NCBI GenBank assembly: GCA_046563655.1
Contig: CM102290.1
Coordinates: forward strand, 13,950,001 to 14,014,000
Length of the DNA stretch: 64,000 bases
From: Yuukianura sp. NJ FZ-2021
Lineage: Eukaryota
Reading direction: 5' to 3'
Made by a program: the position numbers and the translations under genes. The notes under the pieces were generated by a model, which saw nothing but the letters and a program-made list of their open reading frames with translations, was not told the DNA's origin and did no database searches. Below are positions 52,350-64,000 of this stretch, piece after piece. Numbering within the stretch: the stretch's first letter is position 1; each line of letters opens with the position of its first letter.

Positions 52350-53534
52350 ATGGCCACATTTCAATTCGGTATTCCAGGAACCTCGGAAACAAGCAATCAA
52401 GAGGATCAAGTCGAAGTCCCACCGAAAAAACGAAAGACATACGATATCTGGTCCAGACTAAACGAAGCCGAAGCTCTGAAGGATGTCACGGGCCAATTGG
52501 GAGACGTCAAGGTTGATGGAGATCTCGTCCGGATTGAACGCGGGCCTGAGTCCTACTACGTTCATAAAAGAGTTCTCAATCCAAAGACTAAGAAGCAGCC
52601 AGTGAAGAAACGAAAGAAGCAAAACGTTTCGCAACCCAAACGTTCGTTTACTAAAGCAAAATCAGCTGAAGATGGAGATCTTGAAGACGGTGAGCTGCCA
52701 GATGGGGAAGAATCTGACTCCAGCATTAGCAGCGGCGGAATTAGCGATAATTCTATGGCTTTACTGAAGACTAGAATTGGGCCTACGTTGGGAAAGGATT
52801 CAGGTCGTGTAAGTATCAAAATGTCTCTTAAATTAAATCAAATCTTGTGTTATTTATCAGTTATTTATCACTATCGTTTTTTTCTAGTCTGAGAAGAAAC
52901 CGAATGAAGAGGAAGACGAGGGACAATATAAATTTGATTATGACGGAGAAGAGACTCTGGAAAGTATTATTGCTAAAATGGGTTCTGAATTAAAGGAGAA
53001 GAACGTCAAGCTCCTCAGTAAGAAGATACTCAACTGACCAATGTTTCTAGAAATTTATACAGCAAGTTTCCATGGAATGACTGAATTTTTTGTCTTTCTT
53101 GCAGATGACGTTGTTAACTGTGTTGGAGTGCCGGCTGCTAGTAAAATTTTGAAAAAAGTTTTAAAAGTTGAGAAGTGTGGTGGTCTCATGGTCAAAGTAA
53201 GAGCTGGATTTCAATAATTCAATTACTTGAAATACTCAATTAATTGAATACTTAATCATATGTTCCACTTTTCTGACAATAGGATGGCACTCGTCGTCGT
53301 ACTCCTGGTGGAACTTTCTTCTACATCATTCAGCGTCATCCGAAGACCAAATCCAAAAACTTGGATAAGATTCTTCGTGATCATAGCAGTAGCAAGGCCA
53401 AACTGGAGAAAAAGAAGGCACGCGCAAATGCAAAGGCAGCTCGGGGAAATGTACTTGACGCCAACTTGTGTGCTGCTGCTGGATTGTCAGGGGCTAAACG
53501 ACCACCGACTGCTTCACGATCAACTAGTAAGTAA
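52350..53534 (+). CDS. PHAX: Phosphorylated adaptor for RNA export, 4 exons
   Basis: YDIW and RGPESY motifs; RNA-binding domain ELKEKNVKLL...VEKCGGLMVK|DGTRRRTPGGTFFYII. Confidence 0.88.
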
Positions 53535-54519
53535 GTGCATGGTAAAGTAATCCCAGGTTATGAACAATTGCTCACTTGTCTACATACACTGTATTAAACT
53601 AGCATTCAGATTCTCATCTTATATTCAATCAAGTTATAATTTAAAAAATTAGTAAAATATTCCAAACACATCATGTGTTGTCAAATATAATTTAATTTCC
53701 TATTTTTCAATTCTATTCTTAATTGTAGGATTTTAACAAAACAAAAGTGATATATAAAGCCAAGGATTTATATACTAATTAAGTTAAGTAATTAAGTAGC
53801 ACTTAAAAGGCTTCACAGGGATACAAAAGGAATTACAGTCTTTTTCAATTTCGAAAGTCGGATTCCATTCTGATTTAAAATATACTAATTAATTATTATA
53901 TTAATTAAGCTTTTATGGAGCGCTCATAAGCTAAAACTCATGAGATTAATTAACACTTTTTGTATACTCTGTTCCTTAGGAATGCGGGCTTCAATAATTT
54001 TTGCATCTTGCACCACGTGACATTTTTGCACCTTATCTTATACCACTGTCTACGGAGTTTCGTTGCTATAGTAACAGTGTTTAAAACATTTGTTCCGTCT
54101 ACATCAAATTAGGTGGAAAATCCATTGATATCCATTTTTTCCAAGCCAGCCATTTCTTCCGGATGAAATATATTAGCCACTGGACGAAATGTCAGGATAT
54201 CCAACAACACAGTATAGTACCAGTATTTCAACATCATACCTACTTCTGGACTAAATGTACAACTTACGTTATAACATAGGTGCAAGGTATGCGTCACACT
54301 GCGGTGCAACTGTCTAAAAGCCCGCACTCAACAAAAACGGAGTATAAATTGCTTATTTTGAACATGGAGGGAAAAAATGTGTGACGACACAATGTTTCCA
54401 AGAAGCGTATTTTTAAACGGTATCGGTACCGCTAAAACGGTATCGGTATGTTTAGCGCTTGAAGATGTTAAGTTAATTAACGGTTAATCCTAATTAACCT
54501 TGATTAACCTTCCGGGAAA

Positions 54520-57500
54520 TCATTCCGTTACACATGCCATATCACTTTGAGGGATGTAGGGACTTTGTTGTGACTGGAATTGCTTTGTGTTGTGATTTTG
54601 AGTGTCACTAATGTCAATAATGTCGCCTCCGTTCCACATCATGTTGCCATTGGGATGAGGTGGTGGAGTTCGTTTAAGATTAGTTTCAAAGTTGGAGTCG
54701 ATTGACGACACGCCACTGTCATTCTTGTGTCTACTTCTAGGACTCGTCGACACTTTGTCGTCTCTCGCTTCGTGATTGGTCGGAGAAGTTCTAGGACTTC
54801 TGTCTTCAGTTACATTAGGTTCGGGTAAGAAAATATTGTTAGGTACATAATTCATGTTTGAGATCGCATTGTCATTGTTTCGTTTTTCAGACGACACGGC
54901 GGAACCGTTGTGCTGAGGTGACTGCTCGGGGAAGTTAAACCGTGGCGAACCGTTGTCTTGGACTACTTGCGGTGCCGGCCGTGGACTAAAAACGTCTTCT
55001 GGTCCAAGTGAGTCTTTGTTCATGTAAACATAGCCAGCATTGTTGGCCAAGCACTGGAGTCTGGAAGGCTCCACGTCACTACCGTTAAGGTTCTGATAGT
55101 TGTCCACCGCTTGGAGTGGAACGTACAAAGTATTGGGACCATGCTGGACCGGTCGGGGGACCAAGTAATCCGAATTTGGAGGGACGTCGACTGTCAGATT
55201 TGCGTAAGAACAGGCCGGCGTAGCGCGTTTACTGACAGAAGAAAAGTCCGGACCACGCATACGTTCTAGAAAGTCTTCTCTCCCCTCCATTCTTTCTTGA
55301 TTGTGATGAAGATATGGAACGTTAAGGTCAACGTAGTGATTCCGGAGACCTTCTTGCATCAAATCACCGATTCGGTCCGATATCGTCGTGAAACTGGGAC
55401 GATTCGACGGTTCTTTGTCCCAACAGGCACACATGAGGTCGTACATTGACGACGGAGCATACGACGGTTTCTCCATTCGGTATCCCTGGCTCAGACTGGT
55501 GTAAAAGTGCTCGTCCGGTTCCATTCCTGGGCGGGAAAAGAATTTGAAAATTCGAAACAATTCGAAATTTTAGTTGTTTTTTGAAAATCTAACCTGGGTA
55601 TGGATTTTTGCCAAGCGTAAACAACTCCCACATGACTACGCCGAAACTCCACACATCCGATTGCGTAGAGAACACACGGTAGTAAATGGATTCCAATGCC
55701 ATCCACTTGATCGGTAACGGAACTTCCGTCTTCTTTCGGTACTTTTCTTCATAAAGTTCCCTCGCTAATCCGAAATCACAAATTTTGACAACGTTTTTTT
55801 CAGCCAACAGAACGTTTCGGGCAGCGAGATCACCGTGGAGAACCTTGGACACAAAAAAAATCACACCAGGTTTACATGACGTATAATTTTTTTTTGGATT
55901 TTGAAAAAGTGAAAATTTCGTTGCTTAGAAACGTTTTTCTTACGTTTCTTGAAACGAGGTAGTCCATGCCATTGGCAATTTGGAACGACCAGCACAGCAG
56001 GTCCGTCGTCGTGATCGGCCTCACTTCTCGGTAGGGATACACTCCACGGTAATGTCCATTCGTCCATGTCGTGGACGTGGACGAGTTCCTCTTCCGTCCA
56101 TCCGTCCCAGCCGTCGTGGGAGAATTGGACAAGTAGCTCATGTCTGTACACACACTACGTACATGCGTACTCAGAGCGTAGTCGTCTGAATTTGGTTTGT
56201 TCTTGCTTGGATGGCTCTCCTGAGTCCTTAAGTACCCGTCACTTAACTCTGGATGTTCCATTTGAATTTCGCGCATTGTGTGGTAACCATTGGCTGTCAC
56301 GCGTGGCCCACTGTCAGTAAAAGTAAGGGCTGCATAATTCAATCTACTTGGGGTCAAGGTCAAAGGTCATGAGAGAGTGTTGAGCAGTTAGTTTTCAAAC
56401 CATCACCGGATGCAAGTCAAACCATTTCCAAAAGAAGTGACCAAAAACCAAGCCGTGATAGAAAAAAAAAATTCAAAAACCAAAAATTAGTAACTGAATT
56501 AATTGATTAACTCCAAAATTCAATAATTAGTGCAGCCATTTAGTGCTCATGCGTAGTACACAAATGCTAAGACAGGTAGAAGTAAGGCGGTACGACAACT
56601 TGTAACCACAAAGCAAAATGTTTAGCACAAATGCAAAATTTTGAAACAATAAGCAAAATTTTGAAACAATAAGCAAAATTTTGAAACAATAAGCAAATTT
56701 TTGAAACAATAAGCAGAATTTGATGCAGAGAGCAAAAAATTTTCAAAAATTGTTAACCTTTCTCCGGGTGATTGAACTTGCTCAATTGGATAACAAATGT
56801 CAGGGTCAACAATGTCCAAGTTTCGATCCAATTGGTCAACAAAGTCAATGCGATGTCTATGAAGGTAACTCAACAAACTTCCGTACTTGCAGTACTCCAC
56901 GATCACGAACAGTTCACCTACAAGGAGATTTTGAAAATCATGAATTCTAAAAATTGGATTTTTTAATTTCGTGAAGTTGGAATTTCGAAAACTTACGTTT
57001 TTTGACCAACTCCTTTGTGCATGCTCCCAGAAGATTGACCACATTCAAATTTTGACCAAGGTGAATCATAATTTTGAGTTCCGACATGAGTGCCTTGAAG
57101 TGACTTTCATCCGAATTCGGTTTCACCATTTTCACAGCCACTGTTGTCTTGGGCTCTCCGGCTATAATTCCCATCGCTTCTGCGCGAACTACTTGACCGA
57201 ATGCTCCCGATCCAATCCGAATTCCTGAAAAAAACGAACATTTTCAAATTCACGTGCATTTTTACCTTATATGGTAAGTATGTGATGTAACGTTACCAAG
57301 TTTCAAGCGTTCCCGCGGAAACTCATATTTTTTGTCGTAGGGCAGGAGGTTGACTTGTGCCTGAACTCCCTCGTTTGGATTAATCTTCTCGACGTCTCCG
57401 TTTTCAAAGTCTTTCAGCTTCAATTTTTTGATCCACCGTTTCATTTTCTGAAATTAAGCAAAATGTTAAATTTTGGGTTAATTGTAATTAATTAATGAAG

Positions 57501-60500
57501 TTTTAACTAATTAAAACTATTACCTGATCTCTGCGGTACTGAATGAAAGCGATGACTGAAACAACGCCTAGAACAACAGCGAGGCTGATTAGGGAAATTA
57601 CCATTCCCCAGTTTGCTGTAATAATTACATAAACATAAATATTACATAAAATGCATGTTTTACATCATGTATTAGTATGTAAAGTTGTGCTGCTTACCTT
57701 CTTTTTGTACTTCAACATCAACGTATCTCTCGTCAGCTCCGATTCGATTGGACGCTCGACAAGTGTATCTTCCGTTGTACTCGGATGTTAGTCCTTTGAA
57801 GTCTATGAAATTGTTCTGAATGATCACTTCGTCTTTCAGTTTTGGAATGGATTCAATTGGCTCATCATCCTAAACAAAATGTTTTTTTTTAATTTCATAA
57901 AAATTTGTTTTATAAAAAGTTTGTGATTTTTCAAAAGCCTACAACCTTACCTTGTACCATGAAATTACCGGTTCGGGTACACCGGTAGCTTCACAGTACA
58001 GTTTTCCGATATTCCATGTCGATCCCGTTTTGATTTTGGTTTGATTGAGATTTGTGTTGTTGATGACAGGGGCAACCATTTTCCGAACGGCCAAGGCGAT
58101 ACTGTCGGACAGTATCGGCGGAGACCGTGACAGTGTTTCAACTTCACAACGGTACGTTCCGTTGAATGACGAAACGATATTTTCAATCTTCAGTTGTTTT
58201 TGGTATGACCAAGGAGTCGTTTTCTCGCTTATTGTTACTCCTGAAAGTCAAACAGAATGCCAATGTCATGAGTCAAAGGTCAAAGGTCAAAGTTGAGAGG
58301 TCAAAGATCAAGGGTCAAAGACAGGTCAAGGTCATACCTTTCAGTTGTTCAGCGGGTATCTCTGGGCCACCTTCGTCATCTTTGTAGTACCACCGGATTT
58401 CACCGCTGAAGCCTACTTTGGAGGCGGAGCAAATGCTAATTGCATCTTCCGTTTCTATTGGCTGTTTCTCGGCTTCTCCTTTGACACCATGAATGCCAAA
58501 ACCGAGTTCTCCGTTTTCAGGAAAATCTACAAAATTAGCATTATTACATTATTTGAAATTGGAAAACTTTTTTTTTTCAAAATTTTGAGTTTGAAGTTAC
58601 CAACGGCAGTGAGTGGAATGTATTCGCTGTGGCTTCCTAAACTGTTATTTCCAGCACACAGCAGAAATCCGTTTCCGGGCACGTTGAAAAATAATTTCTG
58701 AAGTGAAGTTCTGGGAGCATCCATGTAGACAACGTTTGAAGTAGGATGGGTAGACTAAACGAAATAAAAAACAAAGTTTTCAGTTTCCAAAAAAAATCAT
58801 AATTTTCAAAAAAAAATGGAAATATGAGATTACCTTGAGTTGTCTAGGCGGTGGACATCTAGTCCTCTCAAGGTCATCGGGGTCACATTGCTGAAAGTAC
58901 CATCGGATGTCAGGGTAAGGGTAGCCAGTTACGCTGCATGTAAACTCATAAGGTCGATGCAGTCTGAAGAATGTTCGGTTCGTTTTTAACGTAACATGGG
59001 GTCCATCTACATAAAACAGAACATTTATGTATGTTATGTAACTGACATAAACTTTATGTACGGTTTACCTGTGACTGTGAGGAAGAGGTCAAGGGTCTTG
59101 GACATATATCCATTGTCGGCAGTGAATTTGTATGAACCACTGTCCGTCATGACTGCCCGATTAATGGTAAGTTCCACTTGATTTCTGTCCACGTTATGAA
59201 CAATGGTATAGCGAGATTTCCCATTGGTGATGAGCTCCTTGTCTTTTGAATTTGTCCAACTGAAGGTTCGGGCTTTCGGAAATCCGAATACTCCGATTAT
59301 CCAAATAGCATCTTGCTGCTTGGAAGCATTGGCAGTGATGTTTCCATCTTCAGAACTGTTCACTTCCAAATACTCCTCGCCCCGAGCTGGTCCAAAACGA
59401 GATGTTTATGGCCAAACTCTTGTGGGTTTAAACATGTGGCTGAAAATACTGGCTGTCTTACCAAAAATACTGGCAGTATCGTTAGCGGAGTAGCTTAGTC
59501 CGTTGAGTAGAACGTTGCAGAAGTAGCGGTGGAGTCCATCTTCCTTGGTGGCATTGACTACAACTAGTCTGGAACTGAATTTTTTCGTGTGTAACGTCGA
59601 CAGATCGGTGACGTGAAACGTTGCTCGTCCAGACTGTTAAAAAAAACAACCAAACAAAAATTTGAGTTGATTTTCAGTTTTTCATGATTTTGGAAGTAAG
59701 CTGACCACTCTTACGTTTAGGACCTCCTCAGGCTGGGTCCAGTTCATGACAAAGTAGGCCTGACTATCAGATGCTACTTGACAATCAAATTCAAAAGTTC
59801 CGCCTACTGGAATTCCTTTAGCCAGTGTTGAATTGATTGTTGGATGAGGCGGAACCGTCGGAGAATCAACAACTGGAAGAAAAGAATAAGAAGGTTACAG
59901 TTAGTTTCATTTTTGTCGACAATATTATCGGGAGTCGGTCGTTACCGACAATGTTACCGGTAATTGACTCGTTAATTGAAGATTAACTTACCGACAACTA
60001 AGACGTAAATTGTCAATTCTTCGGTCTTGGAACCCCGTGTTGCGGAGCAAGTATACTGTTGCTGAGTTTCTGTTACAGCTGGATCCACCACAAATCCATT
60101 TTCTATTGAGTACTTCCAGCTGGGCTGTTCCAGCTGATCGGTAAGGTAAGGACAGCATGAAATCGACTACTTCCAATTACTTGATTCTCTGTTTAAGTAA
60201 TCGATTAAAATCTTACCACGTTAGTTCCGTACACAGACAAAGTCACAGCGACATCCGGATGTGTTGGTTTACAATAAGGTATTACGTTGGCCTTCCCTTT
60301 TCTGACGTGCACGACCTTCACTGTAGTCGGAGGACTTGAAGGTAGGTGCAGTAGGTTTTCAGGGTCTATTACATTATATGTAACTTTGTGTAATACATTA
60401 TATGTTTTATGTATGCATAAATTATGTTCATTATGTAGTATTGACGTTGTTTACCGTCTATAAATACGTTTACGGTTTCTTCATACTTGACATCATTGGG

Positions 60501-61644
60501 GAAGTAGCATACAAACGTTTCTCTGTCCATGTACGTCAAGTTCTTCAGCGTCAAAATCGTTTCGTACTGAGGAGAAGATGACGACTTGAGTTCATTCTTA
60601 ACGTCAACACGCTCATCCGCCTGAAAATTGCATAAAAACGTATGTTACCGCCAAACAGCGTTAAATTTTGTGTAGGAAGTGATCAAATTTGCGCTAAATA
60701 TGACTAGTAATTACTTAATTACTCTATAGATTACGAAATACATCAAGGAAGTGATCTAAATATAACATCAGTTTAAGTCCAACCAGATTGAATTACGGAA
60801 TTCGGTGTTTCCGAAAACACCTTTTTCCCTACCCACGCTCGTGCTGACGTAATTCGTCTTTTGACATTTTCAGTTTCTGTATCCCTCTGCCTACGCGCTC
60901 GTTTGCATAAACAGTGAAAGTGTTTTTGGAGCACATTTTACGTTAGTACTTTGTACTATTTCAGAAACCAAGTTTCATGTTGATCCATCGTAGAAATTCT
61001 AAGAATCTGGTAGTGTTTTTGTGAAGAAATTTACAAACTGTACTTCCGTGAAGTGAACAATAATAATACATTTTTTGGGGAAATGTTTTGATAATATTAT
61101 GACCAAATAAGTAGGAAAACAAGGATATCCGCAAAAGGAATTTGGCCTGGAAGGGATAACATAACTTCCTTTTGCTACAACCACTTTCTACGGAAAACCT
61201 CAACAAATGTATGTTTAATAACCTTAACCAAAAGTTCATGTTTATGCAACAAAACTAGTGTTGGATTATTACAATTTTTTGGAAATTTTTACTTTTCTTT
61301 TGCGACAAACCAATTTTTAGTCTTTTAGAATCTATTTTTAGTTCAAAAAAATTATCGAAAACAATTTGAAAACAGAATTCGGATGGAGGCACATTACGTT
61401 ATGTAATGTCGGTAGCTTGGATAGTATATCATGTAAACTATGTAGAGTATATTATTGGAATAGGTGTATGATGTAAGTTATGTAAGTTATGTAAAACATA
61501 CCTCGTATGTAGTCGGTAAGTCCCATGCTACCGGTGACGCTCCAGAACATTTGAGGACAAGCGTTTCTCCCGGTTTTTTGATGACGGTTTTCGGAGAGTC
61601 GATAACTGGACGCTCATTGGCTTCTGTTGTAGAGCTCAACCAAC
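54520..61644 (-). CDS. Pvr: PDGF/VEGF receptor-related tyrosine kinase; signal-peptide exon not located
   Basis: About seven Ig-like domains; TM segment [34 protein letters not shown], split kinase, [28 protein letters not shown]. Confidence 0.92.
56633..56722. repeat. 20-bp minisatellite x4.5 in a Pvr intron
   Basis: GCAAAATTTTGAAACAATAA tandem. Confidence 0.9.
58270..58334 (+). repeat. Array of AGGTCA-like units (period ~7) in a Pvr intron
   Basis: GAGTCAAAGGTCAAAGGTCAAAGTTGAGAGGTCAAAGATCAAGGGTCAAAGACAGGTCAAGGTCA. Confidence 0.8.
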
Positions 61645-63425
61645 CTGAAATTCAAAATGAACATAACATTTTCAAAATTTGGTAATGTACAGGGTGTTCC
61701 AAGAATTAAAGAAAACTTCTTCCTTTTTCCATATTTTGAGGGAGTAGAATAAGATCCTGAGACTGAGCCATTTTGTACATTTTTCTTCTAAAAATAACTA
61801 AGTTTTCTTTTTTAGTTAAACTGGGGATTAGTTTTAAGTTAATGAAATTGATTGTTTGATGAACTGGATGGATGACTTTGTTAACAACGGAAGTGATTAA
61901 GTGATCCATTCTAGTAAAAAGTGTTGAATTACAACAGGGCGGATCCATATTTTTCAAATTTTATCGCCGTTGGGACTTATTCATTTTTTCATCAAATTTT
62001 TCTCTAAACTTCCCCAACTTTTTTTTTTTAGTACGGCGACACTTGAGTCAGACAGTCGAAAACCATTTGTCAACATTGTCAACTAAATTGTGGGATAAAA
62101 CGAGAGATAATGTGGGCAAATCAGTTGATATACTAAGATGACTAAAGTTTTAGCAATTGACATCATGGTTACAGGTATACTTCATGCACACATCCATCAC
62201 CATAAGTTAAAATCCACTTCATAAATTACTTGCATTTTGTCATGTCCAACCTTCAATTAACTCTAAGTTTTATGACAAACACATAAATGTCACCCGAGGT
62301 CACCACAAACTCAACTTTTATAAGCTACACACAAAACTTCCGTAGATTCTGCTCTTGACCTTTCATTTTTTGTTCAAAAATTTTTGTCTCGTGCAAATCT
62401 TGTTCAAAAAACTGTTTTTGTGAACAAATGTGGCTTATGAGAAAAATGTGTGCTGCACAAAGGACAATAGACACAACATGGAGATGCGTGCACAGTATCA
62501 CGCATGAGCAATAAACTACAAAATCCCTAGATTCTTAGAATTAGTGAGGCGTTTCACTGGAAAATCCTCTAAAAGTCTTGAAAGACAAGAGAAGATGTAA
62601 AGTCGGTCGTTTTTATACAAATGCAGTGCAAACATTTTTGCAAAAATCAATTTGCATCAATTCTGCAAACTTTTTTTCTGGTTTGTGAATTTCCCTAATC
62701 ACTGTCTTAGTCACAACTAAAACTACAGAAACTATGAGAATAAAAATTTTGAAAACAAAAATACTGTTGTAGAATTCACGTCATGATTCGTTCATTGTCA
62801 TTGTCACTTTGTAAAACCTGCTAGCAATTGAAAAAACTATGCGTTGCTTCAATGCAATGCTTGAGCTTAGGATTGGGTAAATCAAAACCAAGAGAAAAAT
62901 AAGAATTTGAGTTTCAAAATTTCAATTTCTGTTGCAAATATTAAGTAAAATGCAAATTCATTGTAAGAGATGAAATGCTCGGCAAATTGAAAAATCTTGT
63001 GAATTGTGAGGTTAAAAGTTATTATGTGCTTTTGAAGATGTAAAAATGCTGTTTTGTGTGAGTGAGCTAGGACGCCATGACAGTTTTCTTGGAAGGAAAA
63101 GGAGCCTTGGTCCAGTCAGAGGCAGATAAGCAGCGGAAAGGGAAGGACGCTTCCAGTGTCACTTTCCCAAGACAAAGTCAGAGGTCAAGGTCACACTGGA
63201 GGTCAAGGTCACATCGCAACCAGTAAGTGTACATTCAGCACCAATTACCTGGACAGCACCTCAGCCTTGGACGCTTCATTGTCAGGGTCAGCATATAGGT
63301 AAAAGAAATACGAAACCTATTTTGTGCTGAATGTAGAGGTATAACTTGCTACGAAAACTATGAACGAAGAATCATAACGCTTGCTTTGTTTTGTTTAGGT
63401 TCTAAAAGAACCTGGTTGAGACAAA

Positions 63426-64000
63426 ATGGCTGACAAAAGGTCAGAGGTCACCGGAACTGGAAACAAGTATGAATGCGACCAATGTCACAAAAAGTTCAAA
63501 TCTTCCAAGACTCTGTCCAGCCACTTTGCTGTTCATTCTGACGTTCGACCGTTTGGTTGCTCCGAATGCCACAAACGATTCAAACGCAGTCAGGATTTGA
63601 AGAGACACATCGCTATGCACACAGGGGAAAGACCATTCCACTGCACAAGGTGCACAAAAACATTCATCCAGAACAGCGCCCTTACAATTCACATGCGAGG
63701 GCACACGTACGAGGGATTGGTTGAATGCAGCCACTGCAAAAACAAATTCAAATCAAATGGAGAACTCAAACAACACCTCATCATACACACAAAAGTAAGC
63801 AAATACACATGCACAATCTGCAACTATGCTGCAGCATCACAAGGGAATTTGGATAACCATGTTGCAACACACACAAATGAACGTCGTTTCCAATGTACGG
63901 AGTGCCACAAGAGATTCACGGAAGAGGGCCATCTGAAAAGACACCAAAGGATCCACGCTGGAGACAAGCGATTCCAGTGTAACTTCTGCACTTATGCAGC
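63426..64000 (+). CDS. C2H2 ZF gene ZF-D, runs off the window end
   Basis: MADKRSEVTGTGNKYECDQCHKKF...; open to the window end; six complete fingers plus the start of a seventh; same leader and upstream block as ZF-A, inverted. Confidence 0.9.
   Translation, partial: MADKRSEVTGTGNKYECDQCHKKFKSSKTLSSHFAVHSDVRPFGCSECHKRFKRSQDLKRHIAMHTGERPFHCTRCTKTFIQNSALTIHMRGHTYEGLVECSHCKNKFKSNGELKQHLIIHTKVSKYTCTICNYAAASQGNLDNHVATHTNERRFQCTECHKRFTEEGHLKRHQRIHAGDKRFQCNFCTYA

Noticed and set aside
55810..55845. HGD instead of HRD as a pseudokinase signal
   Set aside because: HGDLAARN is normal for arthropod Pvr; the catalytic Lys, Asp and DFG are intact.
60135..60216. U12-type intron in Pvr (TCCTTACC near the acceptor)
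   Set aside because: The donor is GTAAGA (U2-type), not GTATCC.

Overview
Eukaryotic, AT-rich, gene-dense window with mostly short (~55-100 bp) GT-AG introns. The Pvr-type kinase with HGDLAARN and a short KDM3 suggest an arthropod (inference). No prokaryotic system, CRISPR array, rRNA or convincing tRNA was seen. Housekeeping and chromatin genes in order: ubinuclein/yemanuclein(+), TAF2(-), SmB(-), MRM3(-), NCBP3(-), LSm2(+), INO80B-like(-), DDB1(-), two head-to-head 4-TM genes, RINT1(+, apparently truncated), PHF7/G2E3-like(-), KDM3(-), PHAX(+), Pvr/VEGFR(-). Interleaved is a young family of C2H2 zinc-finger genes with uninterrupted finger arrays (4 copies plus 1 relic). They share an upstream block, a leader rich in AGGTCA half-sites and a spacer block with a perfect IR-1 (EcRE-type) palindrome, and they differ mainly in their recognition helices. 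One copy is split by a 1081-bp foldback transposon with an 8-bp TSD and one is frameshifted. One cassette slot holds an INO80B-derived zf-HIT gene instead of a ZF gene. A 140-bp insertion with a 17-bp TSD carries a minimal hammerhead ribozyme of the Penelope type. Several MITE, hAT and Tc1-mariner remnants lie in introns and spacers. Gene models were spliced by eye; spans run from start codon to stop codon and are unverified.
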